Assembly: GCA_045126355.1 (NCBI GenBank)
Contig: JBGVOE010000058.1
Span: 9,121-33,120 of the forward strand
Origin: Anaeroplasmataceae bacterium
GTDB lineage: Bacteria > Bacillota_I > Bacilli_A > Acholeplasmatales > Anaeroplasmataceae
Length of the DNA: 24,000 bases
Reading direction: 5' to 3'
In this document: one piece after another, positions 1 to 9,345 of the stretch
Layout: the number at the start of each line of letters is the position of its first letter
How positions within the stretch are numbered: position 1 is the first letter of the stretch
Translations under genes and position numbers: made by a program
Notes under the pieces: model-generated
The model's database searches: none
The model's input: the letters and a program-made list of their open reading frames with translations, nothing else
Told to the model about the DNA's origin: nothing

Positions 1-1246
1 GAATTAACATTTTAATTTGATTTAATTCGTTTTCTAATCTACCAGGTAGAATAAATAAACCTTGAGCTTCAATTAAACCAATTGATTCTTTCTTAATAAT
101 ATGGAATTCTGGATGAGCATGGAATACACCATCAGGATACTCTTCTGTAGTAATATTATTTCTTAAAATAATACTCATTTCATAACCACGAGCTGTTTTA
201 ACAACTGTTGGAGATACAGCACTATGAATTCCTTCTTCATCAATAGCGATAATTCCTTGTTCTAAGTCAGTATAGTTTACCCATTTTTCTCTAATTTTTT
301 CACTAATATTAGCAATTGTTTCTTTGTTGAATGAAACTACTCTAAATACAGTATTTGGCCAGTTAACAATTTCAACAATTGCATCAGGATAAGCGCTACT
401 AGAAAATGTCATTTTTGCACCAGCTTTATGCATAGGTAGGATTTCTCCACCACCTTGATAATGGTCATGAGCTAATACACTTCCACCAATTCTAGGTAAG
501 GCTGCATTACTACCAATGAAATAATGTGGGAATTCATCAACGAAATCCATTAAACGATAAAAAGTACCATTATCTACATGCATTGGAGTATGTTCATAAC
601 TTACAGTAATACCATGTTGATAGAAATATCCATAAGGTGAGAATTGCCAGAACCATTTTTGACCAGCTAATGTCATATCAACAGTTCTTAATGTTTTCTT
701 ATTACGATTTTTAAATCCTTCATTTTCATGGCAAATAGTACATTTTGGATAACCGCCAGCTACACTATTACCTAATTTAGCTTTTTTAGCATCTCTAAAC
801 TCTGGTTTAGCTTTATTAATAGTAATAACTAATCCATTGTTGTCAAAACGAATATTTTGATCTAATTTTGCTTTTTTAACATAATCATTATTTACACAAT
901 ATTGATATAACCATTCAGTAGCTTTTTCACTTGATTCAGCTTTAATGCTATTAAATTTTTTATTAATTTGAGAAGGAAGTAATGATAAATAACCCATTAC
1001 TTGGTCATTTAAATATTCTAAATCTCCTTCTTCAGCAAGGTTTAATTCTAAAACTAAAGAATCAAATTGATTTAAAAGTTCAGATAAAGATTCATTGCAT
1101 TCAGTAACATTTGTACCAGCATAAGTATTAAAATCAAATAAAGCAAAAATGCTGTTTTTTACATAGTCTACATCATAGCTTTCTAAATCTAATTTCTCTT
1201 GTGCGTAAATAACTAATTTGTCAATAACTTCATATAATCTTTGCAT
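1..1246 (-). CDS. galT: UDP-glucose--hexose-1-phosphate uridylyltransferase, class II (Firmicutes type), partial at the left window edge
   Basis: Manual minus-strand translation from ATG at 1246 (MQRLYEVIDKLVIYAQEKLDLESYDVDY...) stays open to position 1. It contains GYPKCTICHENEGF, QKWFWQFSPYGYFYQHG and PHYFIGSNAALPRIGGSVLAHDHYQGG, typical of type-2 GalT. Upstream SD AAAGGAG. Absent from the ORF track because it lacks a stop inside the window. Confidence 0.93.
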   Translation of the reverse strand, partial: MQRLYEVIDKLVIYAQEKLDLESYDVDYVKNSIFALFDFNTYAGTNVTECNESLSELLNQFDSLVLELNLAEEGDLEYLNDQVMGYLSLLPSQINKKFNSIKAESSEKATEWLYQYCVNNDYVKKAKLDQNIRFDNNGLVITINKAKPEFRDAKKAKLGNSVAGGYPKCTICHENEGFKNRNKKTLRTVDMTLAGQKWFWQFSPYGYFYQHGITVSYEHTPMHVDNGTFYRLMDFVDEFPHYFIGSNAALPRIGGSVLAHDHYQGGGEILPMHKAGAKMTFSSSAYPDAIVEIVNWPNTVFRVVSFNKETIANISEKIREKWVNYTDLEQGIIAIDEEGIHSAVSPTVVKTARGYEMSIILRNNITTEEYPDGVFHAHPEFHIIKKESIGLIEAQGLFILPGRLENELNQIKMLI

Positions 1247-1294
1247 AATTTTTCTCCTTTTATTCATAAAGTATTTAGTTTATCTAACATTTTT

Positions 1295-1315
1295 ATTATA
1301 TCACATAAGATATAA
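1295..1315 (-). promoter_or_regulatory. Candidate extended -10 promoter of galT (TGA-TATAAT) overlapping a small inverted repeat
   Basis: Minus strand ...TTATATCTTATGTGATATAATAAAAATG...; -10 at 1295-1300 with an upstream TG. Perfect 7-bp inverted repeat TTATATC/GATATAA (1296-1302 / 1309-1315). No clear -35. Confidence 0.4.
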
Positions 1316-1378
1316 TATTTTATATAACAATTTTTCAAAAAATGATTAATTACAATAAAATATCTAATAAAAATTAAA

Positions 1379-1431
1379 AACTCCTTTCAATTTATAAGAA
1401 AGTTTTTACGCTTTTTTTAATGAAAGGAGTT
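1379..1431 (-). terminator. Terminator-like hairpin between the GH43 gene and galT
   Basis: Minus-strand AACTCCTTTCA (1431-1421) pairs over 11 bp with TGAAAGGAGTT (1389-1379), then TTTAATTTTT. Loop of 31 nt. Confidence 0.55.
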
Positions 1432-1437
1432 ATTATA

Positions 1438-2349
1438 TTATTTAATTATAATTTCATCACCATCAAAAATTAATTCTCCAACCCATGTATCAACTGTGTT
1501 CCACATAATAGTTTCACAACTAACATCCCAACCATGGAAGAATACTAATTTTTTACCATTATCATCAATGATAGAGCAGTGACCAGCACCTTTAACAATA
1601 TCATTACAAGATAATACTGGTTTGTCAAATTTATACCAATTATTTGCATCTAATGGATCGTTTCCTGTTAATTTTAAGAATGCAATACAGTATCCAACAT
1701 CCCAAGAACCAGAACCAGAGTATGCTAAATATAATTCGTTATTGTGACAGAAAGCAAAAGGTCCTTCATTAATAAATGGAGCTCCTTCTTCATCTTCAGG
1801 AGTACAAGCAATTTTTTCCCAATCATATGTAGGAGTTGAAATCATTACTCTTTCGCTTGAAATAGTAAAAGGATCACTCATCTTAGCAACATAAATATTT
1901 TGTCTTACATTGCGTTCTCCTTCCCATCCACTCCAGAAATATAGTAACTCTCCGTTATATTCAATTAAATTACCATCAATAGCCCATTTATTAGTGCTAT
2001 CAGTAAGCATTCCATGAACATGATATGTATCCATAGGATTATTTGAATTATTTTCTAATACATACATACGGTGATGATAATTATCACCATCATCACAAGC
2101 AACATAAATATAACATTTTCCATTCAAAATATGTAATTCAGGTGCCCATAATTCCTTAGAATATTCTTCTTTATCAGGAGTCCAAACAACTTTAGGAGTG
2201 GCACTTTCTAAACCTTCAATTGTTTCTGAACAAACCATTGATAATACTAAGCAGTCATGTGTAAAAATTTGATAATACATCCCGTTATGTTTAATAATAA
2301 AAGGATCTCTCGTTTTTGAATCATGTGTTGATCTTATAATTTTCTTCAT
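1438..2349 (-). CDS. Family 43 glycoside hydrolase (arabinofuranosidase/xylosidase-like), apparently cytoplasmic
   Basis: 303 aa: early RDPFIIKHNGMYYQIFTHD, ELWAPELHILNGKCYIYVACDD, WAIDGNLIEYNGELLYFWSGWEG, NEGPFAFCHNNELYLAYSGSG are typical five-blade propeller GH43 motifs. No signal peptide seen. SD CGAGGT. Confidence 0.85.
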   Translation of the reverse strand: MKKIIRSTHDSKTRDPFIIKHNGMYYQIFTHDCLVLSMVCSETIEGLESATPKVVWTPDKEEYSKELWAPELHILNGKCYIYVACDDGDNYHHRMYVLENNSNNPMDTYHVHGMLTDSTNKWAIDGNLIEYNGELLYFWSGWEGERNVRQNIYVAKMSDPFTISSERVMISTPTYDWEKIACTPEDEEGAPFINEGPFAFCHNNELYLAYSGSGSWDVGYCIAFLKLTGNDPLDANNWYKFDKPVLSCNDIVKGAGHCSIIDDNGKKLVFFHGWDVSCETIMWNTVDTWVGELIFDGDEIIIK

Positions 2350-2419
2350 AATATACCTCGAATATTTATTTTATTTTTTATAAAAAATGCAAAATAACTG
2401 CATAAATTATTAAATCAAT

Positions 2420-3640
2420 CTAATTATAACATTTCTTTCTCTTAAATGAAATAAATATAATTCCAATAATAGTAATAACGATTAAAACAATTAAAAGCGT
2501 TGTAAAGACACTACTCCAACCAAAGAAATCAGCAATCTTACCTAATCCATAAGCACTTAGTGTACTTCCTAAATAACAGAAACCATTTAAAATACCAGCT
2601 AATTTTCCTGAGTTAATTTTATATTTCATCTCTAAGGGAACCATACTAGTAATAATATTATTAACACCTGCCATTAAGCATGAAGTTAATCCAAAACATA
2701 TAATTGTAACTGGTACTGCATCCAACTTTATAAAGATAATAACTATAACTAATAAAATAATTGCTGATGCATAAAGTAATGTACTTAATCCAATAAAATC
2801 TTTAATTTTTTTATGTAAATTAACTGCTAAAGCAGTTCCAAAAATTGCTAAAATTGGCAAACATAAAGTAAGTAAGATTGATAACCAACTTGGTGTATCA
2901 TATAATGAATCTAAAATATCAGGAGTCCAAACAGTAAGTCCATCTTTAACTAAGTTATTAGCTACAGCAAAAATTGCTAATACAACAACTAACATTCCTA
3001 AACTACTTATCTTATCTTTATTGGTAGTAGAATTAGCTTCCTCCTTAATTCTTACTTCTTCTTTTAAAGGAATTACTAAACGATTATAATTAAAAATCCA
3101 AATAGCTGAAACTATTAAAAGAATTATTGAGGCAACATAAAATGTAAACTTATAATTTAATGTCGCTACAAATAAAGCACTTAAACTATAAACAATAAAT
3201 GTTCCTATAGCCACCGTAGTTCCCATTGTGACAATAGCTTTACCTATTTTTTCTTTCGAAATAGTTTCAGAAAGTAATTTAATCAAGGATGTCCATAAAA
3301 AGGACATTGATACTCCATTTAATAACCAGATAAATTTAAATAATTCAACATTTTTACTGATTACAAGTAAAAAGTTTAAAATACTTGATGAAATCAAACT
3401 CGAAAATATAACTATCTTAGTATTATACTTCTTACATAAAAAGCCATTGACAACTTGTCCTATGCCATAAGCAAAAAAGAAAAATGTTGTAACTAAACCT
3501 GTTTGACCATATGTTAAGTTAAATTCATTGCCGATTTGGTTAATATTTGAATTGTAACTAAGTCTACCTATGTATGAACATGTATAAACTAACCAACATA
3601 ATAATATAAGTTGATTTTCTAATTTCTTTTTATTTTTCAT
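2420..3640 (-). CDS. MFS transporter resembling the organophosphate:phosphate antiporter (GlpT/UhpT) branch
   Basis: 406 aa polytopic; YTCSYIGRLSYNSNINQIGNEFNLTYGQTGLVTTFFFFAYGIGQVVNGFLCKKY and internal MFS repeats. Confidence 0.8.
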   Translation of the reverse strand: MKNKKKLENQLILLCWLVYTCSYIGRLSYNSNINQIGNEFNLTYGQTGLVTTFFFFAYGIGQVVNGFLCKKYNTKIVIFSSLISSSILNFLLVISKNVELFKFIWLLNGVSMSFLWTSLIKLLSETISKEKIGKAIVTMGTTVAIGTFIVYSLSALFVATLNYKFTFYVASIILLIVSAIWIFNYNRLVIPLKEEVRIKEEANSTTNKDKISSLGMLVVVLAIFAVANNLVKDGLTVWTPDILDSLYDTPSWLSILLTLCLPILAIFGTALAVNLHKKIKDFIGLSTLLYASAIILLVIVIIFIKLDAVPVTIICFGLTSCLMAGVNNIITSMVPLEMKYKINSGKLAGILNGFCYLGSTLSAYGLGKIADFFGWSSVFTTLLIVLIVITIIGIIFISFKRKKCYN

Positions 3641-3727
3641 ACTTTTATACCACTTTTTAAAATAATAATATATTTATATATTAACACAAAAATAATTAAA
3701 TAAAACAAAATTTCTTTAGAAAAAAAT

Positions 3728-3758
3728 AAAACCGATAATTTTAACGATTATCGGTTTT
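3728..3758 (-). terminator. Intrinsic terminator of the tRNA-Arg transcript
   Basis: AAAACCGATAAT-tttaacg-ATTATCGGTTTT: 12-bp perfect stem, 7-nt loop, T-rich tract on the minus strand. Confidence 0.9.
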
Positions 3759-3792
3759 TATTTTGACTGCTGTTAGCAATTATTAATAATAG

Positions 3793-3869
<77 letters not shown>

Positions 3870-3890
3870 AAGTTTGCCACAGCAATACAT

Positions 3891-3919
3891 ATTATACATT
3901 AGGTTTTATTGTTTGTAAA
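3891..3919 (-). promoter_or_regulatory. Sigma-A-type promoter for tRNA-Arg
   Basis: Minus strand TTTACA-N17-TATAAT (-35 at 3914-3919, -10 at 3891-3896), just upstream of the tRNA 5' end. Confidence 0.8.
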
Positions 3920-3926
3920 GTTAAAT

Positions 3927-4598
3927 TTACAAATTATTTCCTAAAATTTGTTTTATTTCATTAATTTTTTCTAATAATTTTTCTTTTGCAGTCAAATCTA
4001 AGACATGATTTAGTTCTTTTTCATATAAATGGAGTTTATTTTTATACATCATAATAAATTCTATAGAAATATTTTCTAATAGTTTAGGTCCATATTTTAA
4101 CTGTATTTCAGAATAAAGGGGAGCTTGTCCAGCGTAATTTGCAACAATAATTTGATAATATTTATAATCATGGATAACTTCTTCCATAACAATATTAAAA
4201 TTATTATCTACTAAAAACTTTCTAACTTCATATAAATCAGAATTAGGACATAATATTAGTCTTTTAGCACTTTTAGCACGCTCTAATCCCTTTTCTAAAA
4301 TTTCTTTTAATAACATTCCGCCAATACCACAAATCGTTATGACTTCATAATCTTTTGTTAAAGGTTCCAAACCATTACCTAATTTAGTAGAAATAATGGT
4401 ACTTAGATTTTTACTTTCAAGATTTTTAACTGCGCTAGCTAAAGGCATTGGATTAATATCTGTAAGTAATACTTCTTTTAAATTATACTCTTCTACTGCA
4501 TAAATACCTAAATAGCCATGATCACAAGCAATATCAGCTAGACTGTCATATCCTTCTATGTATTTAGCAATAGCTTTTAGTCTTTTTGAAATAGCCAT
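3927..4598 (-). CDS. trmK: tRNA (adenine(22)-N(1))-methyltransferase TrmK (YqfN)
   Basis: 223 aa: RLKAIAKYIEGYDSLADIACDHGYLGIYAVE, ADIACDHGYLG SAM motif, GIGGMLLKEIL. Position downstream of rpoD matches B. subtilis yqfN. TAATG 1-nt overlap with rpoD. Confidence 0.92.
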   Translation of the reverse strand: MAISKRLKAIAKYIEGYDSLADIACDHGYLGIYAVEEYNLKEVLLTDINPMPLASAVKNLESKNLSTIISTKLGNGLEPLTKDYEVITICGIGGMLLKEILEKGLERAKSAKRLILCPNSDLYEVRKFLVDNNFNIVMEEVIHDYKYYQIIVANYAGQAPLYSEIQLKYGPKLLENISIEFIMMYKNKLHLYEKELNHVLDLTAKEKLLEKINEIKQILGNNL

Positions 4599-5797
4599 TA
4601 GTGTTTATTCATGAAGTCACGTAATTTACGGCTACGTGAAGGATGTTTTAATTTACGTAATGCTTTAGCTTCAATTTGTCTAATACGTTCACGAGTAACG
4701 CCAAATTCTCTACCAACTTCTTCTAAAGTTCTTTGACGACCATCAAGAAGACCAAAACGCATTCTTAATACTTTTTCTTCACGATCAGTTAAACCTTGTA
4801 ATACTTCATTTAATTCTTTCTTTAACATTTCTTGAGCTGTATATTCATATGGGTCAAGTGCAGTTGGGTCTGAAATGAAATCACCTAAAGATGAATCTTC
4901 TTCTTCACCAACAGGAGCTTCTAATGAAATAGGTTCTTGAGCAATCTTTTGGATTTGTTGAACTTTTTCTACTGGAATACCCATTCTATCAGCAACTTCT
5001 TCTGGAGATGGTTCACGTGATAATTCTTGAACTAATTGACGTTGAACACGAACTAATTTATTAATTGTTTCAACCATATGAACAGGAATACGAATAGTTC
5101 TAGCTTGGTCAGCTACAGCTCTTGTAATTGCTTGACGGATCCACCATGTAGCATAAGTTGAGAATTTAAATCCACGATTAGAATCGAATTTTTCAACAGC
5201 TTTCATTAATCCCATGTTACCTTCTTGAATTAAGTCTAAGAATTGTAATCCACGACCAACATATTTTTTAGCGATACTAACTACTAAACGTAAGTTAGCT
5301 TCTACTAATTTGTTTTTAGCAACTTCACCTTTACGTACTAATTCACGAAGTTTTTCTAAATCTGATTCAGGAATTTCATATCCTTCTTCTTCAATTGAAG
5401 CAAGTTGTTCTTGAGCAATATTTCCATCAGTAATAACGTTAGCTAATCTAGTTTCTTCATCGAATGTAAGTAATTGAATTTTACCAATTTCTTTTAAATA
5501 CATTCTAACTGGATCATCATATTTAATAGTTGATGGTAAGATATCGAAATTTTCAATATCAATTTCTTCTTCAATTATATCATCATGAGGAATATCTATA
5601 TTTTCTTCATCTTCAGGAAAATCAACTTCTAAATCCACTGGAGAAAGAACTTCAATACCTTTATGTTCTAATTCTAAAATTACAGTACGATATTCTTCAG
5701 AATCTTTTTCGAAATAACGTGTAACGTCTTCTACTTTTAATGTTTTTGTTTCTTTTCCTAAACTAATAAGTAAGTCTAATTTTTGATTGAAATTCAT
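4598..5797 (-). CDS. rpoD: RNA polymerase primary sigma factor RpoD/SigA
   Basis: 399 aa: [108 protein letters not shown]. Confidence 0.98.
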   Translation of the reverse strand: MNFNQKLDLLISLGKETKTLKVEDVTRYFEKDSEEYRTVILELEHKGIEVLSPVDLEVDFPEDEENIDIPHDDIIEEEIDIENFDILPSTIKYDDPVRMYLKEIGKIQLLTFDEETRLANVITDGNIAQEQLASIEEEGYEIPESDLEKLRELVRKGEVAKNKLVEANLRLVVSIAKKYVGRGLQFLDLIQEGNMGLMKAVEKFDSNRGFKFSTYATWWIRQAITRAVADQARTIRIPVHMVETINKLVRVQRQLVQELSREPSPEEVADRMGIPVEKVQQIQKIAQEPISLEAPVGEEEDSSLGDFISDPTALDPYEYTAQEMLKKELNEVLQGLTDREEKVLRMRFGLLDGRQRTLEEVGREFGVTRERIRQIEAKALRKLKHPSRSRKLRDFMNKH

Positions 5798-5812
5798 AAT
5801 ATAAAAATACCT

Positions 5813-7582
5813 CTACTTTCCTTTTTTATTGTTAATTCTGGCAAATCTTAATTTCTCATCTAAAGTCATTAATGTTTCTGGTGTACCTTCTAGTGTTTCT
5901 ACAACATATTCTTGAAGCTTCATGTTGTATTTAACAGTATTAAATCTTTCAATACAATCATTTAACATCTTATCACGTTTATCAGCATCATAAGAAATTA
6001 ATTCATTGACACCTTTCATAACTTCATAGATAAAATTATTTTTTGTCATATCATAACAGTATTTGTAAATCTCGTTATGTTCATTATTTAAACTATTATA
6101 AAAATATACGATAGCTTGATAAGTTCTAAGTATAACTTCATTTTCAATATAATTAGAAATATCACCAATTTCATTTTTAAAATAATCTAAGAAATTTTTA
6201 TTATAAGCAATGAAATAAATGAACCATTTTTCATGTGCTTTCATTTCTTTTGAAATTTTAGGTGTTTCTTCTAAAACTTCGACATTTTTTTGCCCACTAC
6301 CTTGTTTAAAATAGATATTGTAATCATTATAGATCGCATCATATGATACTTTTAAATCTATCGCTAATTGATGTAAATACTTTTCAACAAGTAAAGCTGA
6401 GCCACTTTTAAATAATAAATTAAACACAGTCTTCTTAACTTCTTCATAATCATATGCGACATTTAGATTTCTATTAAGAAATGCATTTGAATATAAATAA
6501 CCATAAACATCTTTTTGATTAGACTCAATAAATTCAAGAAAACTATCTTTACCTCTAGATTTTAGATATTCATCAGGGTCCATTCCATTTGGCAATGTAA
6601 TTGAATTAACAGTTAATCCTTTCAAAAGATTAAATGCTTTTCCAGTGGCTTTAATACCAGCACTATCTCCATCATAACAAATCAAAACATTGTTTGAATA
6701 CTTTTTAATAAGTGAGGCTTGTTGTTCTGTAAGAGCAGTACCTAAAGAACATACAACTTCCTTAATTCCAGCATTAGATAGTGAAATAACGTCCATTTGA
6801 CCTTCACATAAGATAACTCTTCCCATTTTTCTTATATGAGGAATTGCGTTATTAAGGTTATAAAGCATTTCACCTTTTTTATAAATTACTGTCTCTTGGG
6901 TATTAACATATTTACCACCTGATGTATCACCATCAAAAACTCTACCAGAAAAACCTAAGACATGTCCAGCCTCATCGATAATCGGAAACATTATTCGATT
7001 GAAAAACATATCATAGTAATCATTTTCTTTTCTAGTTATTAAACCAATGTCATGTGCATCAGTTAAAGAGTAACCTTTATCAGATAAAACTTTTGTCAAT
7101 GTCGTGTAATTTTTAGGAGCAAGTCCAATACCAAACATCTTTATCGTTTCCAAATCAAGTCCTCTTTTATTCAAATATTCTAAAGCTTCTTTTCCTGATT
7201 GAGAATTATGTAGGAAATGTTCGTAGAATTTTTGTGCAACTTGGTTTATTTCGTAATATTTAGAGTTTTCATCTACATGCTTGACAGTTTTTGTTCTTTC
7301 TAACTGTACGCCAACTCTATCAGCAAGTAAAAAGCACGCTTCTTCAAAAGAAACGTTTTTTATTTTCCTTAAAAAATTGATCGGATTCCCACCTTCACCA
7401 CAGCTCATACACTTAGCTATTTTTTTAGATGGAGATACGCTAAATGATGGTGTTTGATCGGCGTGAAATGGACATAAACCAAAATAGTTTTTACCACGTT
7501 TTTGTAAAGTAACAAATTCACTAACTAAACCAACCATGTCGGTTTTGTCAATTATCTCGTTAATCTTTTCTTCACTTATCAT
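5813..7582 (-). CDS. dnaG: DNA primase DnaG
   Basis: Zinc-binding start YFGLCPFHADQTPSFSVSPSKKIAKCMSCGEGGNPINFL, TOPRIM EGQMDVI and YDGDSAG. The track start at 7585 is a TTG immediately followed by ATG (7582-7580), the likelier start. Confidence 0.97.
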   Translation of the reverse strand: MISEEKINEIIDKTDMVGLVSEFVTLQKRGKNYFGLCPFHADQTPSFSVSPSKKIAKCMSCGEGGNPINFLRKIKNVSFEEACFLLADRVGVQLERTKTVKHVDENSKYYEINQVAQKFYEHFLHNSQSGKEALEYLNKRGLDLETIKMFGIGLAPKNYTTLTKVLSDKGYSLTDAHDIGLITRKENDYYDMFFNRIMFPIIDEAGHVLGFSGRVFDGDTSGGKYVNTQETVIYKKGEMLYNLNNAIPHIRKMGRVILCEGQMDVISLSNAGIKEVVCSLGTALTEQQASLIKKYSNNVLICYDGDSAGIKATGKAFNLLKGLTVNSITLPNGMDPDEYLKSRGKDSFLEFIESNQKDVYGYLYSNAFLNRNLNVAYDYEEVKKTVFNLLFKSGSALLVEKYLHQLAIDLKVSYDAIYNDYNIYFKQGSGQKNVEVLEETPKISKEMKAHEKWFIYFIAYNKNFLDYFKNEIGDISNYIENEVILRTYQAIVYFYNSLNNEHNEIYKYCYDMTKNNFIYEVMKGVNELISYDADKRDKMLNDCIERFNTVKYNMKLQEYVVETLEGTPETLMTLDEKLRFARINNKKGK

Positions 7583-7618
7583 CAAACATCACCACCCCTA
7601 CGACAATTATTTAATAAA

Positions 7619-8998
7619 TTAAAATTTAATTCTTGATGCAATATAGCTTTCTAAATCTTCTAATTTAACAACATCTTGAAGCATTGTATCACGATTTCTA
7701 ACTGTAACAGTTCCTGCTTCAATAGTTTGATCATCAATTGTTATACAGAATGGAGTACCGATTGCATCTTGACGACGGTATCTCTTACCAATTTGTTGTG
7801 TTTCATCATATGTAACAACAAATGATTTAGCTAATTGTTGATATACTTCAATAGCTTTTTCACTATGACGTTTTTTAATTAATGGTAAAACAGCTACTTT
7901 ATAAGGAGCTAATGCAGGGTGAAGACGTAATACTTCTCTTTCTTCTCCACTTTCTAATAACTCTTTATCATATGCGTTAAATAAAGTTACTAAGAATAAT
8001 CTTTCTACACCAACACTTGGTTCAACTACATATGGAATATATTTTTCATTTGTATCTGGGTCTAAATAATCAAGTGCAACTTTACTATGTTCTTGATGAC
8101 GACCTAAATCGTAGTTTGTTCTACTTGCGATACCCCATAATTCACCAAATCCCCAAGGGAATTTATATTCGATATCAGTAGTACCATTTGAATAGAATGC
8201 TAATTCTTCTGGATCATGTGCTCTTAAACGTAAGCTATCTTTATTAATACCTAAATCGTATAAGAATTGCATACACTTATTAATCCAGTATTCGTACCAC
8301 TCCATTTCAGTTCCTGGTTTACAGAAGAATTCCATTTCCATTTGTTCGAATTCACGTACACGGAAGATGAAGTTTCCAGGTGTAATTTCATTACGGAATA
8401 CTTTACCAACTTGACCAACACCAAATGGTAATTTCTTACGCATTGAACGTTGAATGTTTTTATATTGTACAAAAATACCTTGTGCAGTTTCAGGACGCAT
8501 ATAAATTGTATTTGCGCTATCTTCAACAACACCTTGGCTAGTTTTAAACATTAAGTTAAATTTACGAATTGGAGTATAGGCAACACTTCCACATACAGGA
8601 CATTTAACTTGATGTTCGTTTAAGTAGTTTAATAACTGTTCATCGCTCCAACCATCACCAGTTTCATTACCACCAGTAAAATCTTCAATAAGTTTATCGG
8701 CACGATGACGAGTGTTACATTTTTTACAATCTGTTAAAGGATCAGAGAACCCACCAACATGTCCAGTAGCAACCCATACTTCTGGATTCATTAAAATAGC
8801 ACTGTCTAATCCTACGTTATTAATATCTTCTTGAACCATTCTTTGTGTCCATAATGCTTTAATATTATTTTTTAATAAAACACCTAATGGACCAAAGTCC
8901 CATGAGTTAGCTAAACCACCATAAATTTCAGACCCTTGGAAAACAAAACCATAAGTCTTACAGTAGCTTACTAATTCTTCTAATGTTAATTCTTTCAT
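7619..8998 (-). CDS. glyS: Glycyl-tRNA synthetase (dimeric GlyQS type)
   Basis: 459 aa: [30 protein letters not shown]...[45 protein letters not shown]. Confidence 0.97.
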   Translation of the reverse strand: MKELTLEELVSYCKTYGFVFQGSEIYGGLANSWDFGPLGVLLKNNIKALWTQRMVQEDINNVGLDSAILMNPEVWVATGHVGGFSDPLTDCKKCNTRHRADKLIEDFTGGNETGDGWSDEQLLNYLNEHQVKCPVCGSVAYTPIRKFNLMFKTSQGVVEDSANTIYMRPETAQGIFVQYKNIQRSMRKKLPFGVGQVGKVFRNEITPGNFIFRVREFEQMEMEFFCKPGTEMEWYEYWINKCMQFLYDLGINKDSLRLRAHDPEELAFYSNGTTDIEYKFPWGFGELWGIASRTNYDLGRHQEHSKVALDYLDPDTNEKYIPYVVEPSVGVERLFLVTLFNAYDKELLESGEEREVLRLHPALAPYKVAVLPLIKKRHSEKAIEVYQQLAKSFVVTYDETQQIGKRYRRQDAIGTPFCITIDDQTIEAGTVTVRNRDTMLQDVVKLEDLESYIASRIKF

Positions 8999-9032
8999 TT
9001 AAAACACCTCTGATTTCATAATATGACATTTT

Positions 9033-9061
9033 ATTGTAACACAATAAATTTATAAAGACAA
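9033..9061 (-). promoter_or_regulatory. Sigma-A-type promoter upstream of the glyS-dnaG-rpoD-trmK cluster
   Basis: Minus strand TTGTCT-N17-TACAAT (-35 at 9056-9061, -10 at 9033-9038), about 28-nt predicted leader to the glyS ATG. Confidence 0.75.
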
Positions 9062-9153
9062 TAAAAACTTTAAATATATTTAATATTTAAATGAAAAAAA
9101 CACCAAAATAGTATAAAAATATATTATTTTTAATAAAATTTAAGGGTGATTAC

Positions 9154-9345
9154 ATGGATAAAAAAATTATGGAGTATATTAAAACTCATTACAAAGATAT
9201 TTATTTTACAATTTTATGCTATCAACTTTTCTTATGTATAATAACATTTTCCTCAATTAACTTTAAAATCTTTATCGCACTACTATTCTTTCTATCAGCA
9301 TTTATACTTATTGGTAGTTGGAAGTCAAGGTCAAAAAACGATTAA
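9154..9345 (+). CDS. Small hypothetical membrane protein (63 aa, two hydrophobic segments)
   Basis: ATG preceded by AAGGGTGATTAC (SD-like); two hydrophobic stretches FTILCYQLFLCIITF and FKIFIALLFFLSAFILIG; basic tail. The 3' end overlaps the convergent gene by 38 bp. Confidence 0.5.
   Translation: MDKKIMEYIKTHYKDIYFTILCYQLFLCIITFSSINFKIFIALLFFLSAFILIGSWKSRSKND

Noticed and set aside
2365-2400. Weak hairpin ATGCA-gttattt-TGCAT followed by T-run between the MFS and GH43 genes
   Set aside because: Only a 5-bp AT-rich stem; insufficient to claim a terminator or attenuator, and the genes are more simply read as one operon.
3228-3470. Plus-strand 80-aa ORF
   Set aside because: Antisense inside the MFS transporter gene, low-complexity composition, no SD or domain signal; shadow ORF.
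5530-5724. Plus-strand 64-aa ORF
   Set aside because: Antisense to the acidic N-terminal region of rpoD; Tyr/Leu/Gln-rich translation typical of a shadow frame.
8251-8532. Minus-strand 93-aa ORF
   Set aside because: Alternative frame fully inside glyS, no independent initiation signal.
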